38,245 nt of DNA from a virus. Numbering within the stretch: the stretch's first letter is position 1; every line of letters begins with the position of its first letter. The stretch lies in the IMG/VR virus record IMGVR_UViG_3300027828_000016; one strand, 5' to 3'. The notes under the pieces are model-generated. The model had not been told where the DNA came from, made no database searches, and saw nothing but the letters and a program-made list of their open reading frames with translations. Of the stretch, positions 24,021 through 31,993 are shown in pieces. Both the position numbers and the translations under genes were made by a program.

Positions 24021-24556
24021 ACTTCAACCTTGCTGTATGGACTGTGATTATAAAATTTTACACCGCACGACTTCATATCATTGATTGCCCTATTCATCGT
24101 CGAGAGCATTTGCGGCTCTTTCCTTTCCCTAAAATAATGCCCACTCTTATTTTTATTATAAAAATAGATATATCCGTCAGGACTTGGAGAAAAATCTATT
24201 CCAATGAGGTGGATTTCAGAACAGCCCATTTGGAATGCAGCAGTTATGGCCGTCAAACCTATCGTGTTAATGCTCAAACAACCAGTCTTGAACATGTCGA
24301 CCTTATTTGCTCGCCTGTTCCAGTCAAACCAGATACGTTTACCGGCGTGGCACATACTGTCTTGGATAGTGTAAATGTTGAAATAATATGTAGGATCATC
24401 AAACCAATATCTGATTCTGTTCACCCCGTATGTGGGGCCATCCCACCCGTAATAGAACCCTGGGTCCTTTTCGCGGATGGAATAGCCATTCCCACATACT
24501 AGGGCCTTTTCACCCTTGTGCAGGTCTACATAGCTGCCAAAGGTGACATTCTTCAT
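24017..24556 (-). CDS. DUF115 / MptE-like (Maf or sialyltransferase-like) putative glycosyltransferase
   Basis: ALVCGNGYSI (compare the GNGPS motif) and TIGLTAITAAFQMGCSEIHLIGIDF (compare G..A..LA..LG...I.L.G.D). ATGA overlap with the adaptor gene. Confidence 0.55.
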   Translation of the reverse strand: MKNVTFGSYVDLHKGEKALVCGNGYSIREKDPGFYYGWDGPTYGVNRIRYWFDDPTYYFNIYTIQDSMCHAGKRIWFDWNRRANKVDMFKTGCLSINTIGLTAITAAFQMGCSEIHLIGIDFSPSPDGYIYFYNKNKSGHYFRERKEPQMLSTMNRAINDMKSCGVKFYNHSPYSKVEV

Positions 24557-24559
24557 GGT

Positions 24560-24991
24560 TTAGGAATAACGCTCAACGTGGACAGCCTCAGCCTCAACAA
24601 TTACGACAGCGGTGTCGAGGGCTGCGGACACGACCAAGTCAATGGTATCTGCGGCGGTGTACAGCTTGCCTGCGGTTGCATAGGCGTCTGTGCCTGCCAA
24701 ACCAGCCGTTACAGTCCCGGCCGTGGCGTTGAGATTGGTGGACGCATCCCAGGAATTGGCGCCGTCTCCGTCTCCAACGGTTGCGGTGGCCGTTGCCCCC
24801 TCAGGGGTTACGACAATAACACGTACGTTGGTGACAAGCATGTCCTTTGCAACCTTAAGGCACTGGACGGTATCACCGGAACCAACATTGAACTCAGAGA
24901 AATCAATCTTTGCGCTCAGCTTTGTAACGCGGTGTCCAAGCTCCTGCTGGGCGGAAGCATAATCGACAAAATGGGTCTGGGTAGAAGCCAT
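24560..24991 (-). CDS. Head decoration / minor capsid protein candidate (143 aa)
   Basis: Directly downstream of the major capsid gene; strong SD AAGGAGG; Thr/Ala/Gly-rich beta-type sequence. Confidence 0.5.
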   Translation of the reverse strand: MASTQTHFVDYASAQQELGHRVTKLSAKIDFSEFNVGSGDTVQCLKVAKDMLVTNVRVIVVTPEGATATATVGDGDGANSWDASTNLNATAGTVTAGLAGTDAYATAGKLYTAADTIDLVVSAALDTAVVIVEAEAVHVERYS

Positions 24992-25005
24992 ATTACTCTA
25001 CCTCC

Positions 25006-26055
25006 TTATGCCGCGTCGCTGATCTGGGTACGAGACACATACATGCCTACAGAACCGTAATCGAGCGAGTCGAATTTAGGTTTAGCCACGCCACAAATGA
25101 TTTCCCATGCGTGACCGATTTCATTTCCATAGTCGAAGTCTTCGGTTACGGTCTTTCCGCGTTTGCCTTCGGCCCACAAGAGGGACTGCTGACCCATCAA
25201 AACGCATTTGGTCCACGGGACATCGGAACCAGAACCGGCATCTGTCGCGATCAGAGATCCCCCAGGCTTTTCCGCGTAACCTTCATGTTCGTGGATGACC
25301 ACACCGTCCCATACGCCGAGAGCGCCGGAGAATATCGGATTTTCCTTGGAACGTTCACGGGCCTCGCGCTGTGCCTGTGTCCATGTTGCGTCGGTCTTGA
25401 GGTCATAGCCGGAATCAGGATGAATCAGCAGGACGTAATACATCTTGCCGTTGATCTTGATTGGGCGAATCGGGGTCTGGGAACGGTTACCGCCTGTCCG
25501 CGCCCATGCCTTTGCATAGGAAATCAGGGACGGAGTGAGCTTGGAGTCAGTAGCAGTCAAGGCACTCTTTGCTGTGGCCGCTGTTCCGGTTGTCGCGTTG
25601 CCGCCTGAAGTGCGATAAAAAACACGGGTCGGATCTTCCAAAATGGTCTGGAAACACAAAGAATCAATTTTCTCAGTGCCCCATTCCTTGATGGCATCAC
25701 GGCTTTCCATGTTCAGATCCCAAGCGGGGCGCTGGCGGTCAAGTTCCCCGGCGTCACGGACGGCGTGGCGATACTGTTCAAGGGATACGTTGTAGTTGGA
25801 GTGAGCAAGAGCTTCTTCGTTGCCCTCAAGGGTCGTCCCAGATGTAACTCCAGCACCTTCAAGGCGCTTGCGGAGGGCAAAGGTAATGTTGTCGCCCTTG
25901 CTCTTGGCCAACTTGGTGTTTGTCTGACAGAGAGAATTAGCAGAAGTTCCCATGAACTTAGAGAAATAACTCTCTTTGACGGTATCTCGATAGAGTTTCT
26001 CTTCCCACGCTTTTTTCGTGGTAGCATCGCTCGTGGTAATAGTAGTCTTAGCCAT
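25006..26055 (-). CDS. Major capsid protein (resembles the N4 gp56-type family from memory)
   Basis: KKAWEEKLYRDTVKESYFSKFMG ... KGDNITF ... LEGNEEAL ... QYRHAVRD. Sits between the scaffold and decoration genes. ATG 26055 lies 8 nt after GGAGG. Confidence 0.8.
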   Translation of the reverse strand: MAKTTITTSDATTKKAWEEKLYRDTVKESYFSKFMGTSANSLCQTNTKLAKSKGDNITFALRKRLEGAGVTSGTTLEGNEEALAHSNYNVSLEQYRHAVRDAGELDRQRPAWDLNMESRDAIKEWGTEKIDSLCFQTILEDPTRVFYRTSGGNATTGTAATAKSALTATDSKLTPSLISYAKAWARTGGNRSQTPIRPIKINGKMYYVLLIHPDSGYDLKTDATWTQAQREARERSKENPIFSGALGVWDGVVIHEHEGYAEKPGGSLIATDAGSGSDVPWTKCVLMGQQSLLWAEGKRGKTVTEDFDYGNEIGHAWEIICGVAKPKFDSLDYGSVGMYVSRTQISDAA

Positions 26056-26087
26056 ATAGACGGCCTCCATGACCGTTTATTGTTGTT

Positions 26088-26963
26088 TTAGTTTCTGGCA
26101 GCTGCAAGGATTGCATCAAGGTCGGCGTCTGACAGCTTGCTGATGTCTTGGGTTGACATGTTCTTAGGGAATGATCCCTCACCATTGGCCGTTGCGCCGG
26201 TCGCGGCGTTGGTCATCGGCTGATGTTGTGCGACCTGTTCTACCCTTTGAAGCTGTTCTGTCCCCCGAGTCTTGTACCGCTCAATCTGAGCTTGCAATTC
26301 AGCGTTTACTTTTTCCTTTCGGTACATTTCGTTGATTGCATGCACCTTGTCTGCCGGAAACATTGCCGGATTATTTCTAAATGCCTGAATGGCATCAGGG
26401 GTATCGCCAAGACCTTTTAGCATTTCGACGATCCCGTCCATATTGTCTTTGAGGTCTGGAGCTACTGAGTCAATCTGATAGGCGTTTCTCATCACTGCTT
26501 GACTGTGCTGATAAGCCTGCTCACGCTGGCCTATTTGTTCAGACTCCATTGCAAGCTTTGCGCGCTCTGCGGCCACGTCCATCATCTTCTGGGGATCATC
26601 AATAAACAGTTGAGTCGGGTCTAGTGATCGATTTGCCTCAATCCGTTTTTGCAATTCCTCTTTGGCGGCGCGGATAGCGTTGGCATTTTGCTCCTGATCT
26701 GTCCGCACCTTTTGCCAGTGGTCGCGCTCACTTGTAACTTGTTCTGCGCGCTTATTGGCCGCTTCAAGTTGGCTCTGCAACTCATCGATGGTCGGCGGTA
26801 CTACGGCGGTCTCATCAGGTCTTTCCTGTTTGACTTGTTCGCCGGGTTCTGAATTTGCCGAGTTGTCTTCCGGTTCACTTGATGGGTTAACCATTTCTTC
26901 AAGCTGATCGTCTGACAAAGTTTCTATTTCAACTACCTGTCCGTTGGTGGCTTCTTCTGCCAT
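26088..26963 (-). CDS. Scaffolding protein
   Basis: Acidic, helical/coiled-coil 291-aa protein between the portal and capsid genes; AAGGAG upstream. Confidence 0.7.
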   Translation of the reverse strand: MAEEATNGQVVEIETLSDDQLEEMVNPSSEPEDNSANSEPGEQVKQERPDETAVVPPTIDELQSQLEAANKRAEQVTSERDHWQKVRTDQEQNANAIRAAKEELQKRIEANRSLDPTQLFIDDPQKMMDVAAERAKLAMESEQIGQREQAYQHSQAVMRNAYQIDSVAPDLKDNMDGIVEMLKGLGDTPDAIQAFRNNPAMFPADKVHAINEMYRKEKVNAELQAQIERYKTRGTEQLQRVEQVAQHQPMTNAATGATANGEGSFPKNMSTQDISKLSDADLDAILAAARN

Positions 26964-27018
26964 TGTTCCAACTCCTTAATATGTTTGTGCCGCCACTGGA
27001 TTGTGGTTAATCGGCGTT

Positions 27019-29148
27019 TTATCCAACCGGGGGCTGGCCTTGCGGTTGCATAGCCTGCCTCATTTTGATTTCATCAGGCTGAGACTTTTCAATCTCCGTA
27101 CGCTGCTTCTCCTGTTCTGCTTGGGCGGCTGCCTGTTTTTGTTGTTCTATCGACTGCATTGCTTTTGCCTTTTGATCTTCACTCATCGGACTAGACGCAA
27201 TCAGCATTTCTACTGGGATGGCGCCGCCTGTGACACGGGCCATTTCAAGATTCATAGAGAAGTCTGCAAGCTGCTTGTTCGGGCTGTGAGAAGTCTCTCC
27301 GACGACCAGGTCGAGCTTGGTGAGTTCGTTGTTGTCAAGGGCCTGTTGGATACGTGATTCAATTGCTTGCCGCTGCTGAATGTCCTGCGGATTGACAGGC
27401 TGACCCCCAACCTCAAGCGGCCTACGCTGTGCGCTGCTCATCAAAATCCGCATAATGCGCTCTGGAGTGTAAATTTTCTGGATGAGATGAACCAAGCGGA
27501 CACCAAGACGTTTTTTACTCTGGGCCATGTTGTCATAAAGATATTCCGAGCCCAAAAGGGCCATCTTCTGCCCTTGGATCAAAGCCAATCCGCTAGTTGA
27601 TTTGCTGTTCAAGACTTCCGGGGTGACATTCAGCACCTCTTTAATCTCTGCTCGGCTTGTCTCCATGGCGTTAATTAGGCCGCTGGGCAAAGGGCTTGTT
27701 TCGGCTCTGATTGGGGCCTTAGAAAGGTCATTGAGTTCAGCCATAAATCCACCAGCTGAAGACTCTTTCTCAAATTTCCTTTTTTCTTGCGGGGAAGAAA
27801 AAGTATTCCGGTCGTGGAACCAACCGTTAACCGTCATCTTGTTAACGATGTCGATTTGCTGGCTCCTGAGCTTGTTAAGTTCTCTCTGCGGGTCTTTTGC
27901 GGCCTCTACCTTGCCATACCACGTATCTTTGCGCTTTTTGGCGTAGACTGGAGTTATAGAGAAATCACGCTCGTCCTTGACATAGTCATCAAGCAAAACA
28001 TTGCCCGCGAACTTGGTGACGCGAACCTTGTGAAATGGTCGACGGATAACACTAAAGCCAAGACTTTTAGCCCCTACGATGTCTTTAGAATCCCAATCTT
28101 TGGCATTAACTGGATCATCAACATCAATTCTTGTCAGAACAGGCACCCGCATATACTGCTTCTGTTCTGTCTCAATAACGCGGTATTCCTTGCGCTTTAA
28201 ATCAACGAAGTCCGGAACAAGGGTATTGCTTGATTCATTGTCTTCGTTGGCGAATGCTCTGGCATATTGCCGACCAGGAACGCGGACATTTTCCTTGTCA
28301 TCATTTTCATAAAGTTCAAAGTCTGCCTGAATGTCATCGGCCTTGTCAGGATATTCATTTTTAAGTTTTTCCTTTGAATACCACTTTGACTTGCTCATGT
28401 GTTCGGCGTCTGAAGCGTCAGCCTTATTATGTTGGCTGAAATAGCAATCATCCCATTCATAGCGTTCAATTCTGATGTCGCCCTCTACGTTGTCGTCAAA
28501 ATTGACATATGAGTGGAACAATCCGCGGCCGGGGACTACTTCGTCCTCGAAAACGCAAGTCTCAACGTGTGCGAATTCATTTCTTTCGCAGATGTTCCGC
28601 ACAACCTCTGTGACAATGTCAGCGACCACGTTGTCGCTCTTTTCAACTCCGTAGAATTTGAAATCTGTACGGTTTTGCCTAAAATATCCACTGAGTGTAT
28701 CAACGGCGTTCTCAATATGATTGATAGTTAGGACCACCCGACCCTTACTTGACAGTGCATCTCTGTGCTTGCGCTCCCACTGATGGCCTTCATAAAAATT
28801 GACGCTCTCTTCTGCCTTGCGCCTTGCGTCTCGCTCGTATTTTCTGGCTGACTCAAACATTCTCCTGAGATCGGCCACCTTGTCTTCATCACTTTTCTTT
28901 GGCGGCTTTGTTTGTTTTAATTCAACTTCGCCACCTATTTCGTGCGTATGTTCATCCTCTTCTGAAAAAACAACAACCGGCTCAGGAAGTTGGACCTCCA
29001 TAAGAGATATAGGGTCAATCGTTGTCTTATTCACATCAACAATATGCGTATGGCCTTCTGCCTCTGCGCATTCTATGCCGCCGTTCGCTATGAAAAGCAG
29101 ATGATAGTGGCCTTTGCCTTGGCCGTCTGTGGAGGATATGCGAAACAT
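27019..29148 (-). CDS. Portal protein (709 aa)
   Basis: Size and position next to the terminase side of the module; FYEGHQWE...LSSKGRVVLTINHIENAVDTLSGY portal-type motif. ATG 29148; the track 5' extension runs into the divergent promoter region. Confidence 0.85.
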   Translation of the reverse strand: MFRISSTDGQGKGHYHLLFIANGGIECAEAEGHTHIVDVNKTTIDPISLMEVQLPEPVVVFSEEDEHTHEIGGEVELKQTKPPKKSDEDKVADLRRMFESARKYERDARRKAEESVNFYEGHQWERKHRDALSSKGRVVLTINHIENAVDTLSGYFRQNRTDFKFYGVEKSDNVVADIVTEVVRNICERNEFAHVETCVFEDEVVPGRGLFHSYVNFDDNVEGDIRIERYEWDDCYFSQHNKADASDAEHMSKSKWYSKEKLKNEYPDKADDIQADFELYENDDKENVRVPGRQYARAFANEDNESSNTLVPDFVDLKRKEYRVIETEQKQYMRVPVLTRIDVDDPVNAKDWDSKDIVGAKSLGFSVIRRPFHKVRVTKFAGNVLLDDYVKDERDFSITPVYAKKRKDTWYGKVEAAKDPQRELNKLRSQQIDIVNKMTVNGWFHDRNTFSSPQEKRKFEKESSAGGFMAELNDLSKAPIRAETSPLPSGLINAMETSRAEIKEVLNVTPEVLNSKSTSGLALIQGQKMALLGSEYLYDNMAQSKKRLGVRLVHLIQKIYTPERIMRILMSSAQRRPLEVGGQPVNPQDIQQRQAIESRIQQALDNNELTKLDLVVGETSHSPNKQLADFSMNLEMARVTGGAIPVEMLIASSPMSEDQKAKAMQSIEQQKQAAAQAEQEKQRTEIEKSQPDEIKMRQAMQPQGQPPVG

Positions 29149-29169
29149 AATTTTCCTATGAAAAAATTG

Positions 29170-29197
29170 TTGACTTATTGGCTTTGATTCTTTAAGT
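29170..29197 (+). promoter_or_regulatory. Candidate promoter for the plus-strand two-gene insert
   Basis: TTGACT (29170-29175)-16 nt-TTAAGT (29192-29197), about 30 nt upstream of SD AGGAG (29221-29225). Confidence 0.3.
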
Positions 29198-29230
29198 GAA
29201 AGGTATGCGAACCAAAAAAAAGGAGAAAAA

Positions 29231-29614
29231 ATGGAACTTGATGAATTGACAATCGGGCAGGCAAGGGAATTGGCTAAACTTTTTACTGGCACAAATGATA
29301 GAGAAAGTGGATGCGTTGATAATGGTATGATTGATCGATATGTAATTGTCAGGTGTCACGATGCTGGTGTTCATGCTGGCTTTTTGGACAGCTACAATGG
29401 TCGGTCTTGCGTCCTTAGCGAGTCCCGTCGGCTTTGGTACTGGAAGCCAAAAAACAAGGCGTCGAACTTGTCAGGGGTAGCAACAGAGGGGCTGCATATT
29501 GACAGCAAGGTTGGCGCACCTGTCCTGATACACCTCACCGAAACTTGTGAAATTATTCTTTGCACAGGTCGAGCAAAAACAAGCATCATGGAGAAAGAAT
29601 CGCATGTCCAATAA
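29231..29614 (+). CDS. Hypothetical protein (127 aa), first gene of the opposite-strand insert
   Basis: Strong SD AGGAG 5 nt before ATG 29231; globular-looking sequence (RYVIVRCHDAGVHAGFL ... SRRLWYWKP); no family assigned. Confidence 0.75.
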   Translation: MELDELTIGQARELAKLFTGTNDRESGCVDNGMIDRYVIVRCHDAGVHAGFLDSYNGRSCVLSESRRLWYWKPKNKASNLSGVATEGLHIDSKVGAPVLIHLTETCEIILCTGRAKTSIMEKESHVQ

Positions 29615-29792
29615 CTCCGGCTCCGGCTACGGCTCCGGCTACGGCGACGGCTCCGGCTACGGCTACGGCGACGGCTACGGCGACGGCTCCGGCTACGGCT
29701 CCGGCTACGGCTCCGGCTACGGCTACGGCGACGGCGACGGCGACGGCTCCGGCTCCGGCGACGGCTCCGGCGACGGCGACGGCGACGGCTAG
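29604..29792 (+). CDS. 62-aa peptide: MSNN followed by 29 perfect X-Gly dipeptides (X = Ser, Tyr or Asp)
   Basis: ATG 29604 preceded by GGAGAAAGAA; overlaps the upstream gene by 11 nt. The reading frame and strand rest on start context, because all frames are open across the repeat. Confidence 0.55.
   Translation: MSNNSGSGYGSGYGDGSGYGYGDGYGDGSGYGSGYGSGYGYGDGDGDGSGSGDGSGDGDGDG
29616..29789. repeat. Tandem hexanucleotide array, 29 x [T/G][C/A]CGGC (TCCGGC, TACGGC, GACGGC)
   Basis: Read directly from the sequence; 174 bp with no interruption. Confidence 0.95.
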
Positions 29793-31342
29793 AGCCCCAT
29801 CCAACTCAAACCGTCAGGAACTTCAACGCGCTGCCTTTGATATTTATCAAGGGCAGCTTTTTTTCTATCTACTGCTGAAGTCCCACCATAAACGAATGTA
29901 TGCATAAGAGAATCTGCTCTGTTTGGACTTTTCAAGCCTTTGGCCTTCATCTTCTTTTTGCTTAACACTTTTTTAGGATTGTCCCAAGAGTCCACCTTCA
30001 AAGAAGACAACTCAAGGGCCAATTCTTCATCGCCAGGCGGTATTGCAATTACACCACGTTCAAACTCTGTGCGAACACGGAACCAAAGTTCATCACGAAG
30101 CCTGTGAAATTCTTGGTTGTTTGCGGCTCCTGTGCCAACATTCAACTCTGTTATGTCTGAGTAATAATGTTTCCTAAAGAAATTACAAAAAGAATGGCCC
30201 ATACCATTCGAGTCTATAACAGTTAGGTCAGGTTCATACGTCTCGATGTCATCATTTAGCCAGTCAGCTAAAATGGTAGTATCTCTTGTGGTCTTTGCCT
30301 TTGTATCAACTACCTTTCCACCAACACGTCGACATATCGAACTGTCATCAACCCCACCCCCAACATCAACGCCAAGATATGTCGGATCGACTTCAACATC
30401 AACATCCATATCGTCCCAGCGGTCTTGCGCTGTAAGAATCCAAATCCACGGAATGAGAGCATCTTCCTCTTCAGCTGGGGGCAAGCCTAAAACGTTCATA
30501 CGATATGCGTTTGACTCGATACCATATTTTGTTTTTATTCTTTCAATGGCAGCGTTCAAGCCAGGCTTGATAAGGTCAAGGTCACTTTCTTCTGCATTCC
30601 ACCTGACTGGTTCCCACAATGTCCTGTCTAGTTTACCATAATGGGACTGGTAAAAATATCCGTTGGAGCGCATTACGTTCCCAATCATAATGGCGAAGTT
30701 GCAAAGGCCAGTAAGGGTTGTCTCTAGCGGCTTGAAAACAGCGTCAGGGACACCGCTAGCCTCATCAACAACCATCATCATAAAGTCTTCATGATATCCC
30801 TGAAGCGTGTCGGCATTGTCTTCCGCGCTTGCCTTGACGTTGGCTGTGCGCTTAGACATGAAATTGTTTCCTTTTTTTCCGTCTTCTCCTTTTTTGTAAA
30901 TTCCACCCTTATCGACTATAAAACTTTCACGAATAATAGGATTTGCGTTCTTGATGAGCTTTTTTACTTCGGTTGAGAGGACGTCTTCAAGCTGCTTGCT
31001 GCTATTGGCTGTACAAATCCCCTTAAATGGCTCAAAAAGGAACATGACGCAAATTATTAGGCCTGCGACAGTAAAATCCTTTCCAAGTCCCTTCCCTGAA
31101 TGGACTGAAATGCCAACCTTTGAGGCCAACCGCTTCTCGTCCTTTGTGAGGGCTTTCCCCTGGGCCTGATGGACCTTGGCCCATACCATGGCCTGGGTCG
31201 TCTCTAGCAACTCTCGTTGTTGGTTTGACAACACAATGCCAAGCCCCTGCTCAAAGAAAGCCGGAAAATCGTGGCGCCAGGAATATAGCAGGTTGGCTAC
31301 CTGCTGATTTTGCGTCAATTCTTGTGTTTTTTTATTCGCCAT
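29789..31342 (-). CDS. terL: Terminase large subunit
   Basis: Walker A-like HSGKGLGKDFT; Walker B MMMVVDEASGV; C-terminal nuclease-type region. ATG 31342 is preferred over the GTG at 31396. Confidence 0.9.
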   Translation of the reverse strand: MANKKTQELTQNQQVANLLYSWRHDFPAFFEQGLGIVLSNQQRELLETTQAMVWAKVHQAQGKALTKDEKRLASKVGISVHSGKGLGKDFTVAGLIICVMFLFEPFKGICTANSSKQLEDVLSTEVKKLIKNANPIIRESFIVDKGGIYKKGEDGKKGNNFMSKRTANVKASAEDNADTLQGYHEDFMMMVVDEASGVPDAVFKPLETTLTGLCNFAIMIGNVMRSNGYFYQSHYGKLDRTLWEPVRWNAEESDLDLIKPGLNAAIERIKTKYGIESNAYRMNVLGLPPAEEEDALIPWIWILTAQDRWDDMDVDVEVDPTYLGVDVGGGVDDSSICRRVGGKVVDTKAKTTRDTTILADWLNDDIETYEPDLTVIDSNGMGHSFCNFFRKHYYSDITELNVGTGAANNQEFHRLRDELWFRVRTEFERGVIAIPPGDEELALELSSLKVDSWDNPKKVLSKKKMKAKGLKSPNRADSLMHTFVYGGTSAVDRKKAALDKYQRQRVEVPDGLSWMGL

Positions 31343-31422
31343 AGATAAATAACGGGGCCGGGAAAAGGAGAGTAACCCGTTTAACCAGATAGGCACCCCG
31401 TTGAGAGGAAGTTTTTTATAAA

Positions 31423-31770
31423 TTAAAGAGCTTTAGCAATCTCAATAAGCTTTTCACGCTTATTCATGTGGTGGAAACTTCCACCCTTTAAGGTGATGTA
31501 TCCTTTCAATTCCTCGTCGCCCATTTCTTCAATACTTTTGGACCACACATTTTCCGGCCCACCAGGAGTTTTGACGTCAAGAGTAATTTTTTCTTCTCCG
31601 GTCGTATTTCCAGCCTTAACAACTGGTTGTTTAAGACTGTCAACGTCTTCCATCAACTGGTTCAAAACAAAAAACAACTTATCATTTGCAACCTGGGCCA
31701 TCGAGTTGGGGCTGATCCCTGTTTTCTTGCACCACTTCTGATATTCGACACTGTTCGGGTCAAAATTCAT
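31423..31770 (-). CDS. Hypothetical protein (115 aa); small terminase candidate by position only
   Basis: Immediately upstream of terL; AAGGAG SD. Confidence 0.35.
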   Translation of the reverse strand: MNFDPNSVEYQKWCKKTGISPNSMAQVANDKLFFVLNQLMEDVDSLKQPVVKAGNTTGEEKITLDVKTPGGPENVWSKSIEEMGDEELKGYITLKGGSFHHMNKREKLIEIAKAL

Positions 31771-31780
31771 TGCTTTCTCC

Positions 31781-31993
31781 TTAAAAATATTCGTTTATGT
31801 TGTATGTTCCGTCATCGCGCTTGACACATTCAAGTAAGACGGTGTTTTTATAGATATATCGGTCAGTATTTTTTCCGTCTTCGCAATAAAAGTTTTTATC
31901 CTTGAGAGGCGAACTCCTAGCGAATCCAGCCGCCCATATTGCATCATGAAGGGCCGATAGAACCTCTTCCTGTACAAAACTAGGTACATCCAT
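31781..31993 (-). CDS. Hypothetical protein (70 aa)
   Basis: 1-nt overlap coupling with the upstream gene. Confidence 0.55.
   Translation of the reverse strand: MDVPSFVQEEVLSALHDAIWAAGFARSSPLKDKNFYCEDGKNTDRYIYKNTVLLECVKRDDGTYNINEYF

Noticed and set aside
29616-29789. CRISPR array or CRISPR-repeat mimic
   Set aside because: The units are 6 bp with no spacers, which is nothing like repeat-spacer architecture.
29560-29907. Alternative-frame ORFs across the hexamer array: 115-aa (+) Ala/Thr/Pro repeat and 72-aa (-) 29586..29804 Ala/Val/Gly repeat
   Set aside because: They are open only because of the period-6 CGGC-rich repeat. They lack an SD and a sensible start context, and the minus one would overlap the terL 3' end. 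The frame starting at ATG 29604 has a GGAG-type SD and is coupled to the upstream gene. The rejection is provisional until checked experimentally.
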